A DNA stretch of 64,000 bases from Rhodothermales bacterium (GCA_965215165.1 CBDCCX010000006.1:2286959-2350958); one strand, 5' to 3'. Numbered from the stretch's first letter, positions 24,578 to 34,164 are shown. Translations and numbers: made by a program. Notes: generated by a model from the letters alone, not told the origin.

Positions 24578-26407
24578 ATGCCACGCTTCGCCTTGCTCGC
24601 CGCTCTCGTCGCGGCGCTCGCCGCTCCGGCCGCAGCCCAGCAGCCCCCCACCTACTCGCTCACGCTCGTCACCGATACCAACGGCGGCGGCAACGCCAAC
24701 GTCGTCACCGACGAGGGCATCGTCGGCGGCTCCATCGTCCTCCTCGACACGCCCGGCCTCCTCGACCCTTCGGAAGGGTATCTCTGGCAGGGTGGCCAAG
24801 TCTACTGGCAAGGATCGCTCGGACTAGACGCCGCAGGGGTCGCTGACATCAACGCGAGCGGCGATGCCGCCGGGGTGGCGGCCTCGGCCACCGACGGCTT
24901 CAACGGCGAGTTCCGCGCCTTCGCTCGCCTAGCTGGCGGCGAACCCGTCGCCCTCCCGGCCCTCCCCCTCTCGCCTGGCTTCGACCGCGTCTCCTACAGC
25001 TACAAACTCAACGACGCCGGCATCGTCGTGGGCAACGCCCGCACCGACGACCCCGCGTACGGGCCCGACCTCTATAATGCGTACCACGCCGTCGTCTGGG
25101 CGCCGAGTGGCGATGGGACCTACGCCGTCACTGACCTCGGCACGCTCGGCGGCGGCTACAGCCGCGCCGTCGGGATCAACAACGCCGGCGTGGTCGTCGG
25201 CGCAGCGATCCCAGCCGAGGGCGACGACATCATCCGGGCCGTCCGCTGGCGCCCCACGGGGAGCGGGGCGCTCGGCGAGATTGAAGACCTCGGCCTAGTC
25301 GCGCCCGGCGACAACTTCTCCGAGGCCAAGGAGGTCAACGCCGTCGGCCAGGTGATGGGCGAGGCGTTCGGGCCAGGCAACGGGCTTGCCCCCGCGGTCT
25401 GGGAGCCCGACGGCACCGGCCGCCGCTACCCCGTCCTCGCGGGCGTCGTCGACTGCACCGCCAACGGCTTCAACGACCTAGCCACCGTTGTCGGACAGTG
25501 CAGCGACCTCTCCTCGCCTAGCCGCATCCAGGCGACGGTCTGGCTCGACGAGACGCTGTACTTCCTGCGCGACCTGGTAGACAGCTCGGCTGATGGCTGG
25601 ACATTCCAGTACGCCTCGGACGTGAATAACCTCGGATGGATCGTTGGGGCCGGCCAGCGCGCCGGGTTTGTCGACAGCGAGGGGCGCCCCGAGAACTTCG
25701 GGTTCCTGCTCAAGCCCGTCGGGGGCTCGGTCAATCTCACGGTCACGCCGCTCGACCGCACCGTGCCGGCCTCGGGAGGCACCGTCCGCTACCGCGTCCG
25801 CGTCGAGAACACGACGGCCGAGGCGCGCACGTTCGACTATTGGGCGGAGGTCTCACGCCCCCAGGGTGCCGTCGTAGGCCGCCTCGGCCCGGTCCGTGCC
25901 ACCGTCGGTGCGGGAGCCTCGGTCGAGCGCGCGGTCTCCTTCCGCGTTCCCGCCAGGGCGCCCGCTGGCCGGTACGTCTATACCGGCTTCTCCGGAACCT
26001 TTCCCGGTGACTTCTTCGATGTCGGCACGTTCGCCCTTACCAAGAGCCCTAGCCTAACCGCTCCATCCGACCGGGATGCACCGCCGAGCGAGCCGTTCGA
26101 GTTCGACGTGCCCGCGTTCGAGGAGCCCGTTGCGGCGTCGCCCGCTGGGGACGCTACCATCACGGCCTTCCCGAACCCGTTCCAGCAGGCGACTACGCTC
26201 CGGTTCCGCCTTGCCGAGGCCGCCGAGGTCCGACTGACCGTCTACGACGTGCTCGGGCGCGAGGTCGCGGTCCTCGCCGAAGGGCGTGCCGAGGGCGGCG
26301 AGCACACCGCGCAGTTCGATGGCCGCGGGCTTGCCCCGGGCGTCTACGTCTGGCGCCTCGAACGGGACGGAGCCGTAACGTCCGGGCGGCTCTCGCTCGT
26401 CGAGTAG
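24578..26407 (+). CDS. HAF-family extracellular repeat protein with an extra Ig-like module and T9SS CTD (609 aa); tandem paralog of 22940..24397
   Basis: Collinear with the upstream gene, including an 89-nt identical stretch. Carries an additional about 120-aa module (NLTVTPLDRTVPASGGTVRYRVRVENTT...). CTD FPNPFQQATTLRFRL...LTVYDVLGREVAVL...GVYVWRLERDGAVTSGRLSLVE. Confidence 0.8.
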   Translation: MPRFALLAALVAALAAPAAAQQPPTYSLTLVTDTNGGGNANVVTDEGIVGGSIVLLDTPGLLDPSEGYLWQGGQVYWQGSLGLDAAGVADINASGDAAGVAASATDGFNGEFRAFARLAGGEPVALPALPLSPGFDRVSYSYKLNDAGIVVGNARTDDPAYGPDLYNAYHAVVWAPSGDGTYAVTDLGTLGGGYSRAVGINNAGVVVGAAIPAEGDDIIRAVRWRPTGSGALGEIEDLGLVAPGDNFSEAKEVNAVGQVMGEAFGPGNGLAPAVWEPDGTGRRYPVLAGVVDCTANGFNDLATVVGQCSDLSSPSRIQATVWLDETLYFLRDLVDSSADGWTFQYASDVNNLGWIVGAGQRAGFVDSEGRPENFGFLLKPVGGSVNLTVTPLDRTVPASGGTVRYRVRVENTTAEARTFDYWAEVSRPQGAVVGRLGPVRATVGAGASVERAVSFRVPARAPAGRYVYTGFSGTFPGDFFDVGTFALTKSPSLTAPSDRDAPPSEPFEFDVPAFEEPVAASPAGDATITAFPNPFQQATTLRFRLAEAAEVRLTVYDVLGREVAVLAEGRAEGGEHTAQFDGRGLAPGVYVWRLERDGAVTSGRLSLVE

Positions 26408-26493
26408 CCCCGCTGCGCCCTAGGTCTCGTCTTTGATGGCCCAGGGCACCTGCGGCGGGTGGAGGGTGACCCTACCCCGTCAGGGGGGCGCCC

Positions 26494-26829
26494 TCACAGC
26501 GAGAATGACTCGCCGCAGGCGCAGGTGCGGGCGGCCTGGGGGTTGTGGAAATGGAAGCCCTGCCCCTCCAGCCCATCCGAGAAGTCCAGCGTCGTGCCGT
26601 CGAGGTAGAGGTAGCTCTTGAGGTCCATCACCACCTTGAACGGGGCCTCGCCGACGACGCGGTCTTTCTCCTGCAAGACCGAATCCCAGCCCAAGTCGTA
26701 GGTCAGCCCCGAGCACCCGCCCGAGACGACCGCGACGCGCAGGAACTGCTCGCCCGCGTCGATGGCCTCACGCTCGGCGATCTGGAGGAGGCGGCTGGCG
26801 GCCGAGTCGGTGATCGTGATGCCTTCCAT
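26494..26829 (-). CDS. HesB/IscA/SufA-type iron-sulfur cluster insertion protein
   Basis: MEGITITDSAASRL...RVAVVSGGCSGLTYDL...C-terminal CACGESFSL (Cys-x-Cys-Gly-x-Ser-Phe signature). Confidence 0.9.
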   Translation of the reverse strand: MEGITITDSAASRLLQIAEREAIDAGEQFLRVAVVSGGCSGLTYDLGWDSVLQEKDRVVGEAPFKVVMDLKSYLYLDGTTLDFSDGLEGQGFHFHNPQAARTCACGESFSL

Positions 26830-26866
26830 AACGGGACCTGAAACAGGCGTGACTTGGGGAGAACGT

Positions 26867-27028
26867 AGAGGGTGTTGAGGTTCAGGCCCTCGGACTGCGC
26901 GAGGCGGTCGGAACCGTCGGCTGCGTTGACTTCGTCGGCCGGGGCACCAGCCCCGATCTCCTCGGCCGCCTTGCCGGCGGCTCCATCCGCTCCCGCTCGC
27001 CTACGAGTCCCAAACCTCAACACCCTCT
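26867..27028. repeat. perfect 16-bp inverted repeat pair flanking about 130 bp in the divergent iscA-like/sufB promoter region
   Basis: agagggtgttgaggtt (26867-26882) is the exact reverse complement of aacctcaacaccctct (27013-27028). Confidence 0.8.
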
Positions 27029-27113
27029 TAACAGGGCGCGGAGCAACCGTTCCGGGCGCGCAGCATACCACCCACCTGACGACTGAGTTTCCCCACTGCG
27101 ACCCCGCCACGCC

Positions 27114-28610
<1,497 letters not shown>

Positions 28611-28621
28611 ACGCCGCCGTT

Positions 28622-28649
28622 GTAGGGGCGCACGACCGTGCGCCCCTAC
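28622..28649. repeat. REP-like 28-nt palindrome (variant copy)
   Basis: gtaggggcgcacg-ac-cgtgcgcccctac, 11 nt after the sufB stop. Confidence 0.8.
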
Positions 28650-28688
28650 GGTCGCCCCACCTCCCCTCTTCAGAATCTCCCAAGCGAT

Positions 28689-29453
28689 ATGCTCGACATC
28701 ACCAACCTTCACGTCTCCATCGAGGACACCGAGATCCTGAAAGGGATCGACCTGACCGTCAACGCGGGCGAGGTCCACGCCATCATGGGGCCGAACGGCT
28801 CCGGCAAGTCGACCCTCGCGAACGTGCTCGCTGGACGCGACGAGTACGAGATCACCGCCGGCTCGGTCACCTACGACGGGCAGGACCTCCTAGAGATGGA
28901 CCCCGAGGAGCGGGCGCGCGACGGCGTCTTCCTCGCCTTCCAGTACCCGGTCGAGCTTCCCGGCGTGAGCACGATGCAGTTCCTCCGCACCGCCGTCGGC
29001 GCGATGCGCGAGCACCGGGGCCAGGAGGCTCTCAACGTGGCAGCCTTCATGAAGCTCATGCGCGAGAAGGCCGACTTCGTCAACCTCGACCACCGGCTGA
29101 TGCAGCGCTCGGTCAACGAGGGCTTCTCGGGCGGCGAGAAGAAGCGCGCCGAGATCTTCCAGATGGCGATGCTCGACCCGAAGCTCGCGATCCTCGACGA
29201 GACCGACTCCGGCCTGGACATCGACGCGCTCAAGATCGTGAGCGAGGGCGTCAACAAGCTGCGCGGGCCGGAGCGGGCGTTCGTGCTCATCACCCACTAC
29301 CAGCGGCTGCTCGGCTTCATCGTCCCGGACGTGGTCCACATCCTGATGGACGGCCGCATCGTGAAGTCCGGCGGCAAGGAGCTGGCCCTGGAGCTGGAGG
29401 AGAAAGGCTACGACTGGATCAGGGAGCACGCCGACGACGCGGTCCCGGCCTGA
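28689..29453 (+). CDS. sufC: Fe-S cluster assembly ATPase SufC
   Basis: Internal ATG 28689: MLDITNLHVSIEDTEILKGIDL...GPNGSGKST (Walker A), LNEGFSGGEKKR (signature), ILDETDSGLD (Walker B). Confidence 0.95.
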   Translation: MLDITNLHVSIEDTEILKGIDLTVNAGEVHAIMGPNGSGKSTLANVLAGRDEYEITAGSVTYDGQDLLEMDPEERARDGVFLAFQYPVELPGVSTMQFLRTAVGAMREHRGQEALNVAAFMKLMREKADFVNLDHRLMQRSVNEGFSGGEKKRAEIFQMAMLDPKLAILDETDSGLDIDALKIVSEGVNKLRGPERAFVLITHYQRLLGFIVPDVVHILMDGRIVKSGGKELALELEEKGYDWIREHADDAVPA

Positions 29454-29463
29454 CCGTTTTTCT

Positions 29464-29491
29464 GTAGGGGCGACCGGCCGGTCGCCCCTAC
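29464..29491. repeat. REP-like 28-nt perfect palindrome
   Basis: gtaggggcgaccggccggtcgcccctac, 10 nt after the sufC stop; identical to the copy at 31280-31307. Confidence 0.85.
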
Positions 29492-29515
29492 CCACGACCG
29501 ACCGATTTGCTGACT

Positions 29516-30817
29516 ATGATCGACACGCTGGAACAAGCTGCCACCTTCGAAGACCGGATCGCTACGGCGTTCGAGCGCTCGACCGCGCCCGGCGACCTCC
29601 GCGCCCGCGCCCGCACCGCCTTCGGGACGCTCGGCCTCCCGACGCGCAAGCACGAGGCGTGGAAGTACACCCGCATCGAGAAAGCCCTGCGCCACGACTA
29701 CGCGGTGGCTTCCGACATCGCCTCGACCCTGAGCGCGAGTGACGTGGCCGGCTACCGGATCGATGGCCTCGACGCCTTCACGCTCGTGGTCGTCAATGGC
29801 GTCGTCGCGCCCGATCTCGGCGATGCGAACGGACTGCCGGCGGGCGTTCACGTCGGCAGCCTCCGCGCGGCGGTCGAGTCGCACCCGGAGATGATCGAGG
29901 CGCACATCGGGCAGTACGCGGACGTGGACAGCGACACCTTCATCGCGCTCAACACGGCCTTCGACCTCGACGGCGTCTTTCTCAGCATCGACCAGGGCGT
30001 GACGCTGGCCCGCCCGGTCCAGATCGTCCACGTCACCGACGCCAGCGAGGACGCGCTCGTGCAGACGCGCAACCTCTACCTCTTCGGCGAGAACAGCGAG
30101 GCGCTCGTGGTCGAGACCTACCACTCGCGCGGCGGAGTGAAGGCGTTCGCCAACCGGGTGTCCGAGGTCGTGGTCGGCCGGGCGGCGCGCGTCAACCTGC
30201 TCCAGCTCCAGACCGAGGACGACGACGCGTCCCAAGTCAATACGGTGCAGGTCTACCAGCAGGCGCAGAGCCACTTCCGCGCGCACACCTACACGCTCGG
30301 CGGCGACCTCGTCCGCAACAACGTCAACGCCGTGCCGGGCGGCGAGGGCTGCGAGACACATCTCTACGGCCTCTACATCCTGGGCGGCGAGCAGCACGTC
30401 GACAATCACACGCTCGTCGATCATGCCGCGCCGAACTGCTTCTCGAACGAGCTGTACCGCGGCATCGTCGACGACCGGGCGACGGGCGTGTTCAACGGCA
30501 AGGTCTTCGTCCGCCGCGACGCCCAGCAGACGAACGCCTACCAGTCGAGCCAGGGCGTGGTGCTCAGCGACGACGCCCACCACCACTCCAAGCCCGAGCT
30601 GGAGATCTACGCCGACGACGTGAAGTGCTCGCATGGCTCGACCACCGGCGAGCTGGAGCCGGAGCACGTCTTCTACCTCCGCAGCCGGGGCCTGAGTGAG
30701 AGCCAGGCGAAAGGCCTCCTGCTCTACGCCTTCGCCCACGACATTGTGACCGAGCTTCCGCACGCCGCGCTCCGCGACTACCTCGACGGCCTGATCGAAC
30801 GGCGACTCGATGCATAG
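29516..30817 (+). CDS. sufD: Fe-S cluster assembly protein SufD
   Basis: MIDTLEQAATFEDRI...; C-terminal SufBD fold motifs (…HTLVDHAAPNCFSNELYRGI…KPELEIYADDVKCSHGSTTG…FYLRSRGL). ATG 29516 preferred over the TTG at 29507 used by the ORF track. Confidence 0.9.
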   Translation: MIDTLEQAATFEDRIATAFERSTAPGDLRARARTAFGTLGLPTRKHEAWKYTRIEKALRHDYAVASDIASTLSASDVAGYRIDGLDAFTLVVVNGVVAPDLGDANGLPAGVHVGSLRAAVESHPEMIEAHIGQYADVDSDTFIALNTAFDLDGVFLSIDQGVTLARPVQIVHVTDASEDALVQTRNLYLFGENSEALVVETYHSRGGVKAFANRVSEVVVGRAARVNLLQLQTEDDDASQVNTVQVYQQAQSHFRAHTYTLGGDLVRNNVNAVPGGEGCETHLYGLYILGGEQHVDNHTLVDHAAPNCFSNELYRGIVDDRATGVFNGKVFVRRDAQQTNAYQSSQGVVLSDDAHHHSKPELEIYADDVKCSHGSTTGELEPEHVFYLRSRGLSESQAKGLLLYAFAHDIVTELPHAALRDYLDGLIERRLDA

Positions 30818-30919
30818 CACTCGGGGGACTGAGCGACTGAGGGATTGGCCGCTTGCCTGGTACGTTTCGCCCGACCTCCACACTCCCCCGATTTCCCGAT
30901 CCTCCAATCCCCCGATGCA

Positions 30920-31255
30920 ATGGATTCTCCACTCGACCGCGACCAGACCTTCGGCCCGATCGGTGCCCAGGTGGTCGAGGTCCTCAAGGGCATCTACGAC
31001 CCCGAGATTCCGGTCCCGATCTGGGACCTCGGGCTGATCTACCTCATCGACGTGGACGACGAGAACGAGGTCTACGTCAAGATGACGCTGACCGCGCCGA
31101 ACTGCCCCGCCGCCGAGTCGATGCCGGCCGAGGTCGAGGAGAAGGTCGCGCTGATCCCGGACGTGCGCGCCTGCAAGGTGGACATCACGTTCGACCCGCC
31201 CTACCACCCGGACTACATGAGCGACGAGGCTAAGCTGACGCTCGGGTTCATGTAG
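30920..31255 (+). CDS. sufT: SUF-associated DUF59/SufT-type Fe-S assembly protein (111 aa)
   Basis: Internal ATG 30920: ...VVEVLKGIYDPEIPVPIWDLGLIYLIDVDDENEVYVKMTLTAPNCPAAESMP (DUF59 T-x-x-x-C-P motif). Confidence 0.85.
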   Translation: MDSPLDRDQTFGPIGAQVVEVLKGIYDPEIPVPIWDLGLIYLIDVDDENEVYVKMTLTAPNCPAAESMPAEVEEKVALIPDVRACKVDITFDPPYHPDYMSDEAKLTLGFM

Positions 31256-31279
31256 TCTGCCGCTCGCCGGCCACAGACT

Positions 31280-31307
31280 GTAGGGGCGACCGGCCGGTCG
31301 CCCCTAC
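31280..31307. repeat. REP-like 28-nt perfect palindrome
   Basis: gtaggggcgaccggccggtcgcccctac between sufT and sufS. Confidence 0.85.
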
Positions 31308-31324
31308 GCGTTTCCTCCTGCCCG

Positions 31325-32623
31325 ATGCCCTCGCTTCCGCTTCCGCCCTCCGACGTCCCGCTGCTCGACGTGCCCACCGCCGAGCGGCCGTGCTACCTCG
31401 ACTCGGCGGCGACCTCGCTCAAGCCCCGCGCGGTCGTCGACCGGATCGCCCACTTCTATGCCTTCGAGAACGCGCCCGTCCACCGGGGCGTCTACGAGCT
31501 GAGCGCGAAGGCGACCGATCTGTACGAGCAGGCCCGCGCCACGGTCGGCGCGTTCGTCGGGGCGGAGGCCGAGTCGGTCGTCTTCACGCGGGGGACGACG
31601 GAGGGGCTGAACCTGGTCGCCCGGTCGTGGGCCGAGGAGCGGCTCGGGGCGGGCGACGACATCGTGGTCTCGCCGCAGGAGCATCACTCAAACTTTCTGC
31701 CGTGGCAGGAGCTGGCCCGGCGCACCGGCGCGGCGCTCCGCTTCCTCCCGCTCCACCCCGACGGCACCATCGACACCGAGGGCGCACTTAGCCTCATCGG
31801 GCCGAAGACGAAGCTCGTGGCGATGGCGCACGTGTCGAACGTGCTCGGGGTCGAGAACCCGGTGCGCGAGGTGTTCGCCGCCGCAAAGTCGGTCGGCGCG
31901 CTGACGGTGCTCGACGGCGCGCAGAGCGTCCCGACCCGGCCCGTCGACGTGGCCGATCTCCACTGCGACGCGCTCGCCTTCAGCGCCCACAAGATGCTCG
32001 GCCCGACCGGCATCGGCGCGCTCGTGGCGCGGCCCGAGGTGCTGGACGAGATGACGGTGTATCAGACCGGCGGCGGGATGATCCGGATCGTGGCGGTCGA
32101 AGGCTCGGAGTACCTCGAAGGCTTCCACCGCTTCGAGGCCGGGACGCCGCACGCGGCGGGGGCTGTCGGCTTCGCGGCGGCGTGCGAGTATCTGAGCGAG
32201 CTGACCTACGAAGGCGAGACCGGCATGGCGGCCGTCGCCGCCTACGAGCGGGCGTGGGGCGCACACGCCATCGAGCAGATTCGGGATATCCCTGGCGTCC
32301 GGCTCGTCGGGCCGCCGAGCGACGCCCCACCGGAGGGCGGGATCGTGGCGCTCCAGATGGAGGGGCTGCACCCGCACGACCTCGCGGTGCTGCTCGACGC
32401 GCAGGGCGTGATGTGCCGCGCCGGGCACCACTGCACGATGCCGCTCCACGCCCACCTCTCCGCACAGCCTGCCCCCGCGAAGGCGGGGGGGGCCTGGCCC
32501 GCGACCTCGCTCCGAGCGAGCGCCTACGTCTACAACCCCCTCGGCGACGCCGACCGGCTGGCCGAGGCGCTCCGCTTCGCGCACGCGGCCCTGACGAGAC
32601 GGCGCACGGTCTCCGCCGGCTAG
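31325..32623 (+). CDS. sufS: cysteine desulfurase SufS (class V aminotransferase, group II)
   Basis: ...CYLDSAATSLKP...HHSNFLPW...HVSNVLG...FSAHKMLGPTGIGAL...RAGHHCTMP (PLP Lys and catalytic Cys contexts). Confidence 0.9.
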   Translation: MPSLPLPPSDVPLLDVPTAERPCYLDSAATSLKPRAVVDRIAHFYAFENAPVHRGVYELSAKATDLYEQARATVGAFVGAEAESVVFTRGTTEGLNLVARSWAEERLGAGDDIVVSPQEHHSNFLPWQELARRTGAALRFLPLHPDGTIDTEGALSLIGPKTKLVAMAHVSNVLGVENPVREVFAAAKSVGALTVLDGAQSVPTRPVDVADLHCDALAFSAHKMLGPTGIGALVARPEVLDEMTVYQTGGGMIRIVAVEGSEYLEGFHRFEAGTPHAAGAVGFAAACEYLSELTYEGETGMAAVAAYERAWGAHAIEQIRDIPGVRLVGPPSDAPPEGGIVALQMEGLHPHDLAVLLDAQGVMCRAGHHCTMPLHAHLSAQPAPAKAGGAWPATSLRASAYVYNPLGDADRLAEALRFAHAALTRRRTVSAG

Positions 32624-32642
32624 GGCGCGTCCGGCGGCTTTT
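32613..32642 (+). terminator. possible intrinsic terminator overlapping the sufS stop
   Basis: ccgccgg (32613-19) / ccggcgg (32631-37) 7-bp stem, 11-nt loop containing the TAG stop, followed by cTTTT. Confidence 0.4.
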
Positions 32643-32725
32643 GCGTTAGGCCTCGGCGTGCGTCCGTTCCTCCAGCCCGGCTTGAACAGGCGCTCTCGGC
32701 GGCGGCATGGACTCTGTTCTGATGA

Positions 32726-32790
32726 TTTCTCGTTCCTAGTTCAGCAGTCCCGGTCGCTCTCGATCAACGAGAAACGTCAAACGAGAAACC
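32726..32790 (+). repeat. low-GC hairpin-forming leader element (family shared with 4638-4711, 44044-44118)
   Basis: tttctcgttcctagtt (32726-41) is the exact reverse complement of 4693-4708. cccggtcgct core (32749-58). aacgagaaa x2 (32766-74, 32780-88) can pair with tttctcgtt. Ends 7 nt before ATG 32797. Confidence 0.6.
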
Positions 32791-32796
32791 AAGACT

Positions 32797-33228
32797 ATGG
32801 GCCACGTCGCCGACGCCTCTTCGCTCACCTCCCCCGCCAGCGTGCTCGACCGGGCGCTCAGGAATCCGTCGTCCACCGTGTGGCTCGGGCCGGTCCGCGT
32901 GGTGACGCCGCGCTTCGAAGACGCGCTCGGGTTCTACTCGGGTACGCTCGGCCTCTCGATGCGGACCGTCGAGCGCCACCCGCTCCACCCCACCCGCCTC
33001 CGCGCGGTCCTGATCGACGCCGAGGGGCACGACATGATTGAGCTTGTCGAGACGGCGTCGGAGCGGGGCGAGTCGTCGATGAACCAGCTCAGCTTCCGCC
33101 TGCCGAAGCGCTCGTGGTACGCCCTCCGCGCCCGGCTCGACACGCAGGCGGTCGGCTACACGCGGCGCGCCAATGCCCTGATCCTGCACGACCCGGACGG
33201 CCTGCGGGTGAAAGCGGTGAGCTGCTAG
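32797..33228 (+). CDS. VOC (glyoxalase/bleomycin-resistance/dioxygenase) family protein
   Basis: 143 aa; ...VRVVTPRFEDALGFYSGTLGLS... and ...LILHDPDGLRVK... beta-alpha-beta-beta-beta module pattern. Confidence 0.65.
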   Translation: MGHVADASSLTSPASVLDRALRNPSSTVWLGPVRVVTPRFEDALGFYSGTLGLSMRTVERHPLHPTRLRAVLIDAEGHDMIELVETASERGESSMNQLSFRLPKRSWYALRARLDTQAVGYTRRANALILHDPDGLRVKAVSC

Positions 33229-33270
33229 AGTGCAAGACGGTTGCTCGCAGGCTATCCCCCGCTTCCACTG

Positions 33271-33351
33271 CCATCGCTGCGCTCCGAGCAGCGGAAGCTG
33301 TCCCCCTCGTGTGAGGGGGACAGTCCGTCAGCCCGTTGAGCGCAGCGATGG
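33271..33351. repeat. nested palindrome (14-bp outer arms + 11-bp central hairpin)
   Basis: ccatcgctgcgctc (33271-84) / gagcgcagcgatgg (33338-51), enclosing ctgtccccctc-gtgt-gagggggacag (33298-33323). Lies in a convergent intergenic region. Confidence 0.75.
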
Positions 33352-33583
33352 GCCGACGGACGGTCCGCTCACGAGCAAATGACTACGGCAGTAGTGCTTC
33401 CACACCGGGTCTTGGGTGGCAGAGTCACGCTGGAAGTGAGCAGGGCGCTCGCCCCACACAGAAGAGGGAGGATCGAGAAGAGAGGATAGCCGGCGGGGTC
33501 GCGTCGTTCTGCCATCCTCGATCCTCTACTCTCCATCCTCATTCGATTGAACAGCCCCCCCTTGACCCTGACTAGGCCTCTGG

Positions 33584-34144
33584 CTAACCGAGCGTCGGAT
33601 ACGACCCGAGCACCTGCACGGCCTCGTTGAGCGCGGCGAGATCGACGAGCGCCGCCACGAGCGGCTCCGCCTCGGCGTCCCCCTCCACATCGACGACGTA
33701 GCGGTAGTGCCCCGGCCGGTCGGGGCGCGGGCGCGGGTCCACATTGTGGACGGCGAGGCGGCGGCCGACGAAGGCGGTCAAGCTGCGGAACAGCGCGTTC
33801 GGAACATCCGGGTTCGGGGTGAGGACGAGGGTCGTCTTCGTCACCGCGCCCGGCTCCGGCTCGGCGTCGGCGTGGGTGAGGAGGAGGAAGCGCGTGGCTC
33901 CGGCCTCGCCCTCGGCCCACCGTTCGCTGACGATGCGGACGCCCTCGATCTCTACGAGCGCGTCGAGCACCGCGCGGTGGCTGCCCTCGGCCGTGTCCTC
34001 GACGGCGACCACGCCGCGCTCGGCCTCGCCCGAGGCGACGGCCTCGACCACGCGTCGGGCACGGGGCAGCGGAAGCAGACGGGCGTCCGGTTCGAACGCG
34101 CGAGCGGCGGCTCGGGCGGCGTCTCCCTGAAAGGCGATCGTCAT
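33584..34144 (-). CDS. short prephenate-dehydratase-like protein (truncated PDT domain + ACT domain, 186 aa)
   Basis: Internal ATG (rc 34142-44): MTIAFQGDAARAAARAF... (PDT N-terminal IAFQG motif). C-terminal ACT-like TKTTLVLTPNPDVPNALFRSLTAF...YRYVVDVEGD. About 90 residues shorter than typical PDTs. Confidence 0.6.
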   Translation of the reverse strand: MTIAFQGDAARAAARAFEPDARLLPLPRARRVVEAVASGEAERGVVAVEDTAEGSHRAVLDALVEIEGVRIVSERWAEGEAGATRFLLLTHADAEPEPGAVTKTTLVLTPNPDVPNALFRSLTAFVGRRLAVHNVDPRPRPDRPGHYRYVVDVEGDAEAEPLVAALVDLAALNEAVQVLGSYPTLG

Positions 34145-34164
34145 AGTCACATTATAGTCACATT
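34143..34164. repeat. perfect tandem duplication of an 11-mer at the argS / pheA-like junction
   Basis: atagtcacatt x2 (34143-53, 34154-64). On the coding (minus) strand it reads AATGTGACTAT x2. Confidence 0.85.

Noticed and set aside
26867-27028. Interpreting the 16-bp inverted repeats as the termini of a MITE
   Set aside because: I see no target-site duplication, the interior is as GC-rich as the host genome, and I saw no second copy in the window. It is kept only as a possibility inside the regulatory-site finding.
29408-31207. 599-aa minus-strand ORF over sufD/sufT, and similar long antisense ORFs (27489-28778, 34275-35552, 15589-17058, 18828-20072, 53143-54360, 62112-63332, etc.)
   Set aside because: All lie opposite genes with strong motif support and have the Arg/Gly/Ala/Pro/Asp-dominated composition expected from antisense translation of GC3-rich genes.
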